Of a stretch of 64,000 nucleotides of DNA, positions 40,302-49,627 are shown piece by piece. The position numbers and the translations under genes are program-made. The number at the start of each line of letters is the position of its first letter. Positions within the stretch are counted from its first letter, which is position 1. Below the pieces are notes generated by a model that did no database searches, was not told the DNA's origin, and saw only the letters and a program-made list of their open reading frames with translations. This DNA comes from Abditibacterium sp. (GTDB lineage Bacteria; Armatimonadota; Abditibacteriia; Abditibacteriales; Abditibacteriaceae), in the NCBI GenBank assembly GCA_965199495.1, contig CBDASK010000003.1, forward strand, positions 4,576,001 to 4,640,000. The letters are read 5' to 3'.

Positions 40302-41387
40302 ATGAAATCGCTAATCTATCTCTCATTGATGTTCGCTCTCACAATTCCCGCGCACGCCGCCGATAAACCAGCCGCGAAAAATCCAATCGTGATGGGTTAT
40401 TATCCGTCCTACGATGGAGCAATAAAACCCGCCGAAATCCATCCGAATCGCTTCACCGATATTATTTATTCGTTTGCCACCGCCGACGCGGGCGGCGATT
40501 TCAACCCGGCAAGTTGCGCGCGTTTCCCCGATTTCGTGAAAACGATTCACGCGCAGAATTTGCGCGCGATTTTGGCTTTGAGCGGTGGCGGCAATGGCGC
40601 CGATTTCGCGAAGATGGTGCGCGACGACCAAAAACGCGCGGCGTTTATCGCGGCTATCGCGCAGTTGGTCAAACAAACGGGCGCCGACGGCGTGGCTGTT
40701 GATTGGGAAGGGCCGGAACCCGATGATAAAGCGGTCACGACGCAATTCGTGCGCGAACTGCGCGACGCGATGAAAGCGGCCAACCCCGACGCCAAACTGA
40801 TTTTGGTCGTGGGTTCGGGCGCGTGGAGCGGGCGTGGCTACGACGGCGCGGCGCTACGCGATTGGGTGGATTATCTGCAAATTATGACCTACGATTTTCA
40901 CGGCGTGTGGAATCACGCCGGACACCATACCAACTTGTTCGCTGACACCAGCCACGCCGACGACGAAGATTTCGGTTATCCCGGCTCGTTACAATACTGG
41001 CGCGATGTGCAGAATTTTCCCGCCGGCAAAATACTGATGGGCATCGCCGGTTATGGTCGCGGATTTAAGGCGCCCGATTGGGGCGACAAGACGACGGGCG
41101 AAAGTCAATATCCCGAAATTTCTTACTTGGATATTTTGGGTCTCATCGGCCACGGCTGGACGCGGCAATGGGACGCCAAAGCGCACGCGCCGTGGCTGCT
41201 GAGTGACGACAAATCCGAGCGCATTTCGTATGACGATGTGCAATCGGTCGCTGACAAAGCGGTTTGGATGAAGCAGCAGAAATTGGCGGGCTTTTTCATC
41301 TGGGAACTCACCCAGGAAGAGGTCGGCGGCGATAATGTTTTGACGGCGGCGGCTTTGCAAAGCTGGAAGAATGCGCCGATTCAGTAA
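40302..41387 (+). CDS. Glycoside hydrolase family 18
   Basis: DGVAVDWE, IMTYDFHG, YGR, FFIWE. Confidence 0.9.
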   Translation: MKSLIYLSLMFALTIPAHAADKPAAKNPIVMGYYPSYDGAIKPAEIHPNRFTDIIYSFATADAGGDFNPASCARFPDFVKTIHAQNLRAILALSGGGNGADFAKMVRDDQKRAAFIAAIAQLVKQTGADGVAVDWEGPEPDDKAVTTQFVRELRDAMKAANPDAKLILVVGSGAWSGRGYDGAALRDWVDYLQIMTYDFHGVWNHAGHHTNLFADTSHADDEDFGYPGSLQYWRDVQNFPAGKILMGIAGYGRGFKAPDWGDKTTGESQYPEISYLDILGLIGHGWTRQWDAKAHAPWLLSDDKSERISYDDVQSVADKAVWMKQQKLAGFFIWELTQEEVGGDNVLTAAALQSWKNAPIQ

Positions 41388-41437
41388 CGTCAAATGAAGA
41401 GATTTCCCCGTCCGTATTGTCATTCCAATCTGCCCGC

Positions 41438-41591
41438 GTTGTCATTTCGAGAGCAAGGAGCTTGCGACTGGAACCGAGGAATCTGTTGACCCCGCGTCAG
41501 CGGAACTATGAATCAGCTTTAACTTTCGCTGCCGCGAGGCCAACAGATTCCTCGGTTCCAGTCGCAAGCTCCTTGCTCTCGAAATGACAAC
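41438..41591. repeat. GTCATTTCGAG-family palindromic element
   Basis: About 50-bp perfect arms; shares CCCCGCGnCAGCGGAA core with the 29022 and 53611 elements. Confidence 0.9.
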
Positions 41592-41672
41592 TCTGGCCGT
41601 GAAATTAAACCCCATGAATTCCACACAATTCGCGGTTGTCCTAACGGAGCGTTAAACTGGCAAGCGAAATTT

Positions 41673-43070
41673 ATGAACCGAATTACGGGACGCGGCGGGC
41701 CATTCGCACTTTTTCATCAATATCCGGCGCTTTTGCGGCTGGGCATGATTTCGACTTGCGCCGAAACGACATGGGCCACGCTTTTAATCGTTCTCGAATA
41801 TTATTTCAAGGACGAGTTGCTCAAAGGCGAAAGCTCGCAATATATCGTCTCCAAAATCGCGCTGGCGTTTTTGGCGTTCACGGCTGCCGAAACCTTGCTC
41901 AAATATCCGATGGGCACGCTCGCCGATAAATATGGGCCGCGCCGTTTCGTGATCGGCGCGCTCGCCGTCTGTTCGGTTTCGCCGATTTTGATGACCGTGT
42001 TCGGATTAATCAGCAAAACGTGGTGGCCTTTTATTCCTCTGCGCGCCATTGACGGTTTGGCCGCCGCCGCGTTGTGGCCCGCGATGTCGGCGCTCATGTC
42101 GCGCGCCGTGCCGCGCGAAGCCAAAGCCACGGCGATGAGCGTTTTCAACGGCGCCTACGTTTTGGGGCTGGCGATTGGCCCCGCCGCCGGACTTTTGCTG
42201 GGCCATTTGCTGGGCACCAACCTCTACGTTTTCCCCTTCACCGCGGGCCTGATGATGATCGGTCTCTTCATCGCGCTCAATTCTATTCCGCCCGAAGCGG
42301 CGAAAGTCGAAATGGAAGGCGAATCGTTGGCGCAAGAAACGGCGGTGCTGCGCGGTCGCCCGATGCTGGTGCGCATGATGGCGCTTTACGCGTTGTCGCA
42401 GGTCGGCATCGGCATTTTGGCGCCGACGATTCCCAATTACATCGACGATCAATTCGGCATTTCGCAGGGCGAGTTGCCGCGCCTATTGGCGGTTCCGGCG
42501 TTGCTGGTGTTGGCGATTGCGATTCCTCTGGGCCGTTTGCCCGATAAAATCGGTCAGGCGAAATCGGTCTGGGTTTCCTACGCCTTGGCGGCGGTCGGAA
42601 TGTTGGGCATCGCCGGTTCGAGTTTGTTCGCGCCCGACAAAGCGCCGGTTTCGCTTTCGTTGCTCATTTTCGGCGCCGGTTTGAGCCTGATGATCATCTC
42701 GTTCATTCTGGGCACGCCAGCGTGGCTGGGCCTAACCTCAATGCAGGTGGACGAAACAAAACAGGCGCGTGCCTTGTCGCTGATGCAAACCTCGCAGGGC
42801 GTGGGCGTCGTCACGGCTTATATTTTGGTCGCGTCTATCGGGCATCTGCTAACGACCGTCGCCAAAGTCAAAAGCAAACTGCATCATCACGATGTGGCCA
42901 AAGTCATCGAAGTCACCAAAGATTCCGTCCCGCTTTCGATGTGGTTCTGGGTCGCGACGGTAATTTTCACCGTCTGTCTCATCGGCACGCTGATTTACGT
43001 GCGCGATGTCAAACATCACGAAGACGACGAAGCCGCAGCTAAACAACCGCTCGAAGTGAAGGGATTTTAA
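41673..43070 (+). CDS. MFS transporter
   Basis: GTLADKYGPRR motif A; about 12 TM segments. Confidence 0.9.
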   Translation: MNRITGRGGPFALFHQYPALLRLGMISTCAETTWATLLIVLEYYFKDELLKGESSQYIVSKIALAFLAFTAAETLLKYPMGTLADKYGPRRFVIGALAVCSVSPILMTVFGLISKTWWPFIPLRAIDGLAAAALWPAMSALMSRAVPREAKATAMSVFNGAYVLGLAIGPAAGLLLGHLLGTNLYVFPFTAGLMMIGLFIALNSIPPEAAKVEMEGESLAQETAVLRGRPMLVRMMALYALSQVGIGILAPTIPNYIDDQFGISQGELPRLLAVPALLVLAIAIPLGRLPDKIGQAKSVWVSYALAAVGMLGIAGSSLFAPDKAPVSLSLLIFGAGLSLMIISFILGTPAWLGLTSMQVDETKQARALSLMQTSQGVGVVTAYILVASIGHLLTTVAKVKSKLHHHDVAKVIEVTKDSVPLSMWFWVATVIFTVCLIGTLIYVRDVKHHEDDEAAAKQPLEVKGF

Positions 43071-43087
43071 ATTCGCCTGAGAAATTT

Positions 43088-43765
43088 TTATTTCGTGGCG
43101 CTCTGAGGCTTTACGAGTTTAAGATCACGCAAAAGGGAAAACGTGGTTTTCGCCAACTGATTTTTTGGCAACACAATCATGCTCTGAATTGGCAAATCGC
43201 CGGGCGCGCGCGATTCCCAAGGCACCTCAAGGGCGAACCCGACTTGCTTCCACGTTAGGTGCATCGGTGTTCCGACAATGCTCATCATGACGGTTCGACG
43301 CTCTGGATGATTGTTCCACAATCGCGCCCAATCTGCCGCAGGCGACTGAATTGACAGGCCATTTGGCAAAGCGAAGTCGCGAGCATTCGTTTCGATTTGA
43401 ACGACGCGATCCTTCTGAAAAATCAGCATAAAGAAATCCGCGTGACCTTTCTCTTTTGGCTGCTTTTCCCATCGCCAAGTCGAGTAATTGGAATCATCCT
43501 CCATTTTAACAGTCGCGCCGGGAACTCCCAATATCGCTTCGACTTCTTTGCGCGTGGCGCCCAGAGCAATGGGGCCGATTCGTTTGCCCGGCACGATGAG
43601 ATGATCGCCCAACTTGATTTCACCTGCGGATAAAGCTATCGCATCTGCGGGCTTGGATGTAATTTTCGGCACAACTGGCGGTGCGGTGGGCTGTTTATCT
43701 TGTGCGTTGGCGACGCCGCGAGCGAGAACAAATGGAATAACCAAATGACAAAGAGTTTTGAACAC
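43088..43765 (-). CDS. Hypothetical exported protein
   Basis: IVPGKRIGPIALG motif; TATACT 6 nt before GTG. Confidence 0.65.
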   Translation of the reverse strand: MFKTLCHLVIPFVLARGVANAQDKQPTAPPVVPKITSKPADAIALSAGEIKLGDHLIVPGKRIGPIALGATRKEVEAILGVPGATVKMEDDSNYSTWRWEKQPKEKGHADFFMLIFQKDRVVQIETNARDFALPNGLSIQSPAADWARLWNNHPERRTVMMSIVGTPMHLTWKQVGFALEVPWESRAPGDLPIQSMIVLPKNQLAKTTFSLLRDLKLVKPQSATK

Positions 43766-43953
43766 GCGCGCAGTATAATTAAGGGATTACACCAAATAAA
43801 ACAGCTCGACCGGACTATTATCTTCATTGGTTTCCATCAACGGCTTCCAATTCGGGCCAAATGGGGTTGTGCGCGCTGATATTCCGCGTGCAATTGAAAA
43901 ATGTGAGCTTTGCGAATCAGGCTTGGTTTGAATTGACCTCAATTAATTTAGAA

Positions 43954-44265
43954 TTACTCGTCGTCCCAGCGCACCTCGATTTGATCGCTGAGCAGACCGC
44001 CCAACCAATTGCCGCACCGCACCCAGCCACTGCGCGTCTGGCCAGACTTGTCTTCAACCGAAACGCGATAAACCGTCTGGCCGCGCGAAGTCGTCCAGAA
44101 AAATGGGCCTCTGCCGATAAACGGCGCGTGCGCGTCAATCAAACGATAACCGTTATCCGCCGCCCAATTCTCGATGATAGTTCTCGAACGCGTCGAAGTC
44201 CAGTAGATCGAACCGACGATCAGCAACAGCGAAAACGGAACGAAAATGAACAAGAAATTTTCCAT
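43954..44265 (-). CDS. Hypothetical single-TM protein
   Basis: N-terminal TM segment; TACAAT 7 nt before ATG. Confidence 0.65.
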   Translation of the reverse strand: MENFLFIFVPFSLLLIVGSIYWTSTRSRTIIENWAADNGYRLIDAHAPFIGRGPFFWTTSRGQTVYRVSVEDKSGQTRSGWVRCGNWLGGLLSDQIEVRWDDE

Positions 44266-44341
44266 GATTTTAATTGTAGCAATGTGCGAGACTGCGCGCG
44301 AAACTCACGCGAAAACGGGATTGACGCTATAATTTCTTGCG

Positions 44342-45433
44342 GTGCCTCGTTCAACTTCCCACTTTTCCAACGTCGCCGGTCTGCCCAAAGACGCGGCGCT
44401 TTATTCCGATAAATGGCGCGCTTTCGTGGCCGCTTCGCCCCACGGCGACATTTTGCAAACGCTCGAATGGGGGCCAGTCAAGCGTCCCGAATGGGTGCCG
44501 TTACCGGTGGCTCTCGAAGCCGCTGGGCAATTCGATGCGACGGCACTGGTTCTCAAGCGCAATTTGCCGGGCGGTCGCTCGTTTTTCTACTTGCCGCGCG
44601 GCCCAATTTTGGATTGGCAACGCGACGGCATCGCCGAAGCAATGTTCGCGCGCTTGCGCGACTTAGCGAAAACGCATCGCGCGGCTTTTATCAAAATAGA
44701 CCCGTGCGTGCCCGACGAAACGCCCAGCATCAAAGACAAACTGGCGCGTCTAGGCTTCCAATTCTCGCCCGACGCGACCGGACACTTCGGCGGCACGCAG
44801 CCACGCTGCAATATGAAACTATCGCTCGAAGGTTCAATTGACGATATTCAAGCGCGCTTTCATCAGAAGTGGCGCTATAACGCGCGCACCGCCGTCAAAA
44901 AAGGCGTGACGGTTTATGCCGATACCACGCGCGACGATCTGGAAATTTTCCACAACATCTATCGCGTGACGGCGGGCCGCAACGAGTTCACCGGTCGCCC
45001 GCTGAGTTATTTTCAGAAAATGTGGGACAGTCTGGTGCCCGCCGGAATGATGAAATTGTTCATCACTTATCACGATAGCCAGCCGTTGTCGGCGGCGATT
45101 TGCTTTTTGCTGCCGCCGCAATGTTGGTATATCTACGGCGCCAGCTCCAACGAAAAGCGCAACCTGATGCCCAATCATCTGATGCAATGGACGATGATTC
45201 AGTGGGCCAAAGAAAATGGCTGCGAGTTGTATGATTTTCGCGGCGTGCCCGACCCCGACAAAGGCGAAATGCCGCCCGGCGAAGAAGGCTTAGTGCGCTT
45301 CAAAACCGGCTTCGGCGCCGAATTGGTGCGCTACATCGGCGAATACGATTTGCCGCTCGACAAAAAAATGTATTGGGCTTGGACAACCGCGCGGCCCAAG
45401 TTAGTTAATGCGTTGAAAAATTTGAAGCGTTAG
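44342..45433 (+). CDS. FemAB/FemX family peptidoglycan bridge aminoacyltransferase
   Basis: LQTLEWG, PRGP, YIYGAS, YDFRG, FKTGFG. Confidence 0.92.
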   Translation: MPRSTSHFSNVAGLPKDAALYSDKWRAFVAASPHGDILQTLEWGPVKRPEWVPLPVALEAAGQFDATALVLKRNLPGGRSFFYLPRGPILDWQRDGIAEAMFARLRDLAKTHRAAFIKIDPCVPDETPSIKDKLARLGFQFSPDATGHFGGTQPRCNMKLSLEGSIDDIQARFHQKWRYNARTAVKKGVTVYADTTRDDLEIFHNIYRVTAGRNEFTGRPLSYFQKMWDSLVPAGMMKLFITYHDSQPLSAAICFLLPPQCWYIYGASSNEKRNLMPNHLMQWTMIQWAKENGCELYDFRGVPDPDKGEMPPGEEGLVRFKTGFGAELVRYIGEYDLPLDKKMYWAWTTARPKLVNALKNLKR

Positions 45434-45502
45434 ATCAGTGCAATTTGTAAATTGACGTAATAATGATTATGAGATAAGATAGAGATTCAAAGGAGATAAT
45501 AC

Positions 45503-45898
45503 ATGAAAAATATCGCATTAATTGCCGCGAGTCTGGCATTGTTGAGCACAGGAGCCACGGCACAGGATGCTCAATCTTCTGCAAAAGCCGTTAAGGTCAT
45601 CAACGGCTCAGTCATCACGCTCTACTCATTGCCAGCAAGCGAATGGGCAGAAAAAGGTTTTAACGTATTTGCGAGCGGCGGGGTGACAGTAGACAGCAAG
45701 TCCAGCGAGTATAAGCTCGAGGGTGGAGTTATAATCGAGTTAGGACAAAACCTTAAAATTTATGCCGAAAAAGCCACAGTGAGAGGGGGAGAAAACACCT
45801 TTATCGTTCTCCAAAGCGATGGAAGAATTGAATCGAACGAAGGCGAACACAAAGTGACGCAATTTGCATCGGAAGGAACGCGCATCGAACTGCCATAA
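45503..45898 (+). CDS. Hypothetical exported protein (OstA/LptA-like beta repeat)
   Basis: TTGACG-N17-TAAGAT promoter, AAGGAG RBS, signal peptide. Confidence 0.65.
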   Translation: MKNIALIAASLALLSTGATAQDAQSSAKAVKVINGSVITLYSLPASEWAEKGFNVFASGGVTVDSKSSEYKLEGGVIIELGQNLKIYAEKATVRGGENTFIVLQSDGRIESNEGEHKVTQFASEGTRIELP

Positions 45899-45917
45899 AT
45901 TAGCGAACTACAAACAA

Positions 45918-45953
45918 AGAGAGCGGACGACACTTCTATGTCGTCCGCTCTCT
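45918..45953. terminator. Hairpin/terminator between the CDS and the tRNA
   Basis: AGAGAGCGGACGAC..GTCGTCCGCTCTCT. Confidence 0.7.
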
Positions 45954-45965
45954 TCAATTAAATTA

Positions 45966-46040
45966 TAGGCGGTGTGAGAGTCGAACTCACCTTCAAACAC
46001 GTTATAAGCGTGCCTCTCACCACCGGTGAGACTACCGCCC
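45966..46040 (-). tRNA. tRNA-Ile(UAU), atypical; CCA not encoded
   Basis: GGGCGGT/ACCGCCT acceptor stem, TCTC/GAGA D stem, GCACG-CTTATAA-CGTGT anticodon arm, GTGAG-TTCGACT-CTCAC T arm. Confidence 0.85.
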
Positions 46041-46135
46041 GCACAGTGCAATTGCGGGCGGAGCTATTCGATTGCGATAATAATTCGGCTTCACTTGAGG
46101 TTTTAGTTTACTGACACAGCACCAAAGAAGGAACC

Positions 46136-46315
46136 ATGAACAACGAATTATTTGAAGAATTAGTGCAGAGCGTGCGCGAAATGGGCGCTATCAATCGAAG
46201 CGAAATGCAACCCTCGCGTGTGATTGAATTATCTTCGCCTCTCAAGCAATCATTAGATAACCGAAAAGAGGCACAAAAGCGCGAAGGAAAAGCAAGAAAC
46301 CGCCTAATTACATAG
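46136..46315 (+). pseudogene. Truncated HigA/NadS-like antitoxin N-terminus
   Basis: MNNELFEELVQSVREMGAINRSEMQPSRVI; AAGGA RBS; no HTH; runs into a repeat. Confidence 0.6.
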
Positions 46316-46362
46316 CGGTTTCTTCCAAACCTTTTGTTATTCTTGTGCCTTTTCGTGGCTAT
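46256..46362. repeat. Degenerate inverted repeat (GGCACAA family)
   Basis: CGAAAAGAGGCACAAAAG / CTTGTGCCTTTTCG. Confidence 0.6.
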
Positions 46363-47198
46363 AAAATCAACTGAATCGGTTGCGGGCCGACGCCCGCTGC
46401 GACGTTCATTTTGCCGCGCGTGTAACCTTCCAAATCGAGCAAAACCGATTCAAAGCCCAGACTGCGCAGATGCGCCGTGGCTGGTTGGTAGAACTCGAAC
46501 ATTTTCGGCAGTTCTTCGGGCGCGATTTCTAATCTCGCTTGCGGTTTATCGTTTTCGGTGAAATGGCGCACGCGCACTTCGCGCAGTCCGCGTTCGCGTA
46601 GCCAAACTTCGGCGCGGCCCACGCGATGCAACGCCTCGCGCGTGACGGGTTGGCCGTAGGGAATGCGCGAACTCAAGCACGGCATCGCGGGTTTGTCCCA
46701 GGTTGGCAAGCCCATTTCGCGCGAAAGTTCGCGGATTTCGGCTTTGCTCAGTCCAGCGTCGCGGAGCGGCGAGCGCACCAGATGTTCGGCGCCCGCCTGC
46801 GAGCCGGGGCGCCATTCGCGCGCGTCGTCGAGGTTGGTGCCATCGCAAATCGCGTCGAAACCTTCGGTTTCCGCGACGCGCTGCAAAACGCTCCACAATT
46901 CGCTTTTGCAAAAGTAACAACGATTGGTCGGGTTGGCGGCGTAGTTTGCGTCCTCAATTTCGTGCGTCTCGACTTCGCGCAAAGGCGCGCCGATTTGCGC
47001 GGCTAATTTCTGCGCCGACTCGAACTCTTCGGGCAACAGCGATGGCGAAACGCCGATAATCGCGACGGCGCGCTCACCCAGTTCTTCGTGAGCCACGCGC
47101 AGCAAAAAGGCTGAATCTACGCCACCGGAATAAGCGATAATAACGCGATCAAATTCGCGCAAATGGGCGCGCAGTGCGGAGTATTTAGGGTTTTCCAT
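46359..47198 (-). CDS. larE: ATP-dependent sulfur transferase LarE (PP-loop)
   Basis: AYSGGVDS, RCYFCK, DGTNLDD, PCLSSRIPYG. Confidence 0.92.
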   Translation of the reverse strand: MENPKYSALRAHLREFDRVIIAYSGGVDSAFLLRVAHEELGERAVAIIGVSPSLLPEEFESAQKLAAQIGAPLREVETHEIEDANYAANPTNRCYFCKSELWSVLQRVAETEGFDAICDGTNLDDAREWRPGSQAGAEHLVRSPLRDAGLSKAEIRELSREMGLPTWDKPAMPCLSSRIPYGQPVTREALHRVGRAEVWLRERGLREVRVRHFTENDKPQARLEIAPEELPKMFEFYQPATAHLRSLGFESVLLDLEGYTRGKMNVAAGVGPQPIQLIL

Positions 47199-47213
47199 CT
47201 TGGTAAATTTGCC

Positions 47214-47296
47214 GTAGAGACGCCGATTTATCGCGTCTGAAACGTTACACCTGCTGAAAAATTTAACGTTTTAGATGCGATAAATCGGCGTCTCTA
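47214..47296. repeat. GTAG-type REP doublet (REPIN-like)
   Basis: GTAGAGACGCCGATTTATCGCGTCT / AGATGCGATAAATCGGCGTCTCTA. Confidence 0.85.
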
Positions 47297-48328
47297 TGGA
47301 GATTTTGGGGCCAACACATCTAACACGCCCGGCAGCATCGAAAGCTCCGCCGGAGTTGTGCCCCACTCGTCGCCATCCAACTGAATCGGAATCGGCGGGC
47401 TGCTTTCGATGCGCACGCTTTCGGTTTGGAAATAGCGCGCCGTGCCGCGCTCGACGTGCTGACCAAATAACAATTGAGTCACCTGCTGGACGCTGGTCAA
47501 CTTGTTCTCGAACGGAAAAAAACACAAATCGAGTTTGCCGTCGTCCAACTGCGCCTGGCCGGTGAACTTGATCGCCCACGCATACGAAGGCGCGTTGCCC
47601 GCCATCAGCAGCCACGCCATCTCGCTGTGTCGCCGTCCATCGGGAAAAGTCAGTGTCACCTGCGTGCCCTGATGCACAACAGCGTTTTGCAGACTTGTCA
47701 ATACATAGGCGAAATCGCGCAGCACGAACTTCATTTGCAAAGTGGTTTCTTCGATGACTTTGGCGTCGAAACCGATGCCCGCCATCAACACGAAATAGCG
47801 CGGCGAAGGCTGCCCGGCGTCGTGCGCATTTTGCGCAACTGCCAACTTTTTGCTGCGCCGCCGCGCTTGCGCTAAGGGCCGCGCATAGCCGACATCAATG
47901 CGCCGCGAAACTCCGGCGGCAATGCAATCGGCGGCCTCGCGCCAGTTGCGAAGTCCCAGATTATAAGCGAAGACGTTGCCGGTTCCGAGGGGCAAAATTC
48001 CCAGTTTGGTCGGCGAATGTTTGCCGCCTGAAGCGCGCATCAAACCGTTGATGACGGCGTTGACCGTGCCATCGCCGCCCGCAGCCACGACGACGGGCGT
48101 GCCCGCGCGCGCCGCGTTTTCGGCGCGTTCGCGAATCGCGCGTGGCTCGACTTCGAGGCCGATATGCACGCTATGTCCCTGCGCTTCCAAACGCTCTTGC
48201 ACCGATTTTAAAATGCGCGTGCGGTTGGAGCGCGTGGCACTGGCGCCCGCCGTCGGGTTCGACAAAATCAAAAAAGATGTCGCAGTCGAAGCGACGTGAG
48301 TGGGCGAAGTGGACGGCGAAGCGGACAT
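47294..48328 (-). CDS. Diacylglycerol/lipid kinase family protein
   Basis: NPTAG, GGDGT, PLGTGN, QLDGD. Confidence 0.92.
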   Translation of the reverse strand: MSASPSTSPTHVASTATSFLILSNPTAGASATRSNRTRILKSVQERLEAQGHSVHIGLEVEPRAIRERAENAARAGTPVVVAAGGDGTVNAVINGLMRASGGKHSPTKLGILPLGTGNVFAYNLGLRNWREAADCIAAGVSRRIDVGYARPLAQARRRSKKLAVAQNAHDAGQPSPRYFVLMAGIGFDAKVIEETTLQMKFVLRDFAYVLTSLQNAVVHQGTQVTLTFPDGRRHSEMAWLLMAGNAPSYAWAIKFTGQAQLDDGKLDLCFFPFENKLTSVQQVTQLLFGQHVERGTARYFQTESVRIESSPPIPIQLDGDEWGTTPAELSMLPGVLDVLAPKSP

Positions 48329-48414
48329 TTAAAATTGCGGGACGAGAAAATAGGATGCCAGAAAAGTCGGGGTCGCGCCGCGAATAAAATGATTTTCGCC
48401 AACTTGCCACCTAT

Positions 48415-48563
48415 TTAAGCGAATGAATTCGCAGCCACAATTAAGTGTCGGCCCGCGCCGACACGAGGAAATTTTGAGAATGAAGCACAGTTCTTCTTCG
48501 TAACAACTTCTTCGTGTCGGCGCGGGCCGACACTTAATTGTGGCTGCGAATTCATTCGCTTAA
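48415..48563. repeat. Long palindrome with TTAA ends (REPIN/MITE-like)
   Basis: About 50-bp perfect arms TTAAGCGAATGAATTCGCAGCCACAATTAAGTGTCGGCCCGCGCCGACACGA. Confidence 0.9.
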
Positions 48564-48573
48564 CCTCGCCAAC

Positions 48574-49581
48574 TTATTTGCCCACGCTTTCCGCCGCGCC
48601 CCACAGCGCGGCTTCGGCTTGAACAAGGGCTTTGTCGCGCGCGCCTGCTTTGCTCGGCTGATGGCGCGTTTCGAGCAAAACGGCGGGCGTGCCGTAGCGT
48701 TGGCCCCAGAAGCGGTGGCACAAGGTATCCAACCCCACGCGCGAACGCGCCGACAATGCGAAGCCGCGCTGCGCGCTGCGAGCGCTCATCGTGCGCGCGG
48801 CCATGCGGGCGCGGGCGCCGCCCGACGCTTCGGCCATCGGCACGGGCATATGATCCGACGGCAACCATTGATGATTGTCAATCATCAGATGTGGTTTCCA
48901 GCCGCGAATCCAACGCGTCAAAACGCCGACTTCAACCGATTTATTTTTGCCCCAATCGCGATTCATATCGATATTCTGGGCGGTGCGGCGCTGGTAACGC
49001 GCGGCGCCATCGGGATTGGCAATCGGCACAATCAACAACGCGGTTTTAGCGGCCAAATTTTTCTCGCGCGCGGTGCGTGGCTTGAGCCAATGATAAATTA
49101 ACCGCGCGCCCGAACCGGTGGCTTCGGGTTCGTTGCCGTGTTGGCGGCAAATCACCACCAATCGCTTCAAATTCCACGGCGAAACATTGGGCGGCGTAAT
49201 CTCCATAGCGACGATGGAGGCGCCGGTCGAACTATCGCCGATAATGCGTAATTTCACTTGTTTGGGATAGGCCATCGCCACGTTTTCCAGCCACGGATAC
49301 AACTGTTCGGGCGTTTGGCCGAACGTATCGGGCGGGCGTTGCATCTCGATGGGCGCGACGTTTGGAGTGAGCGCGGCGTTTGGAGTCGGAGTGGATGTGG
49401 GAACGGGCAACGAACCGTGCAACTCCGCTTCGGTCGGCGGCGCGACATCAGGCACTGGAATCGGCGCATTGGGCGCGGGCAATTGGGTCGGTGGCGCAGG
49501 TAAATCCGGGAGTTCATCGGCCAGAGCGGGCAACGAAACTAAACAGGGCAGCAGCAAAAAGAGCGAGGGACGAAACGGCAT
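48574..49581 (-). CDS. M14 zinc carboxypeptidase family protein
   Basis: QHGNE, NPDG, DMNRDW, DNH. Confidence 0.85.
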   Translation of the reverse strand: MPFRPSLFLLLPCLVSLPALADELPDLPAPPTQLPAPNAPIPVPDVAPPTEAELHGSLPVPTSTPTPNAALTPNVAPIEMQRPPDTFGQTPEQLYPWLENVAMAYPKQVKLRIIGDSSTGASIVAMEITPPNVSPWNLKRLVVICRQHGNEPEATGSGARLIYHWLKPRTAREKNLAAKTALLIVPIANPDGAARYQRRTAQNIDMNRDWGKNKSVEVGVLTRWIRGWKPHLMIDNHQWLPSDHMPVPMAEASGGARARMAARTMSARSAQRGFALSARSRVGLDTLCHRFWGQRYGTPAVLLETRHQPSKAGARDKALVQAEAALWGAAESVGK

Positions 49582-49627
49582 CGCCACAAAGGATGATTGA
49601 AACGCGCGCGCGTTGCCCACTCTGACA

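Noticed and set aside
46359..47198. Complete lactate racemase (lar) operon
   Set aside because: Only larE is present; no larA/B/C in the window
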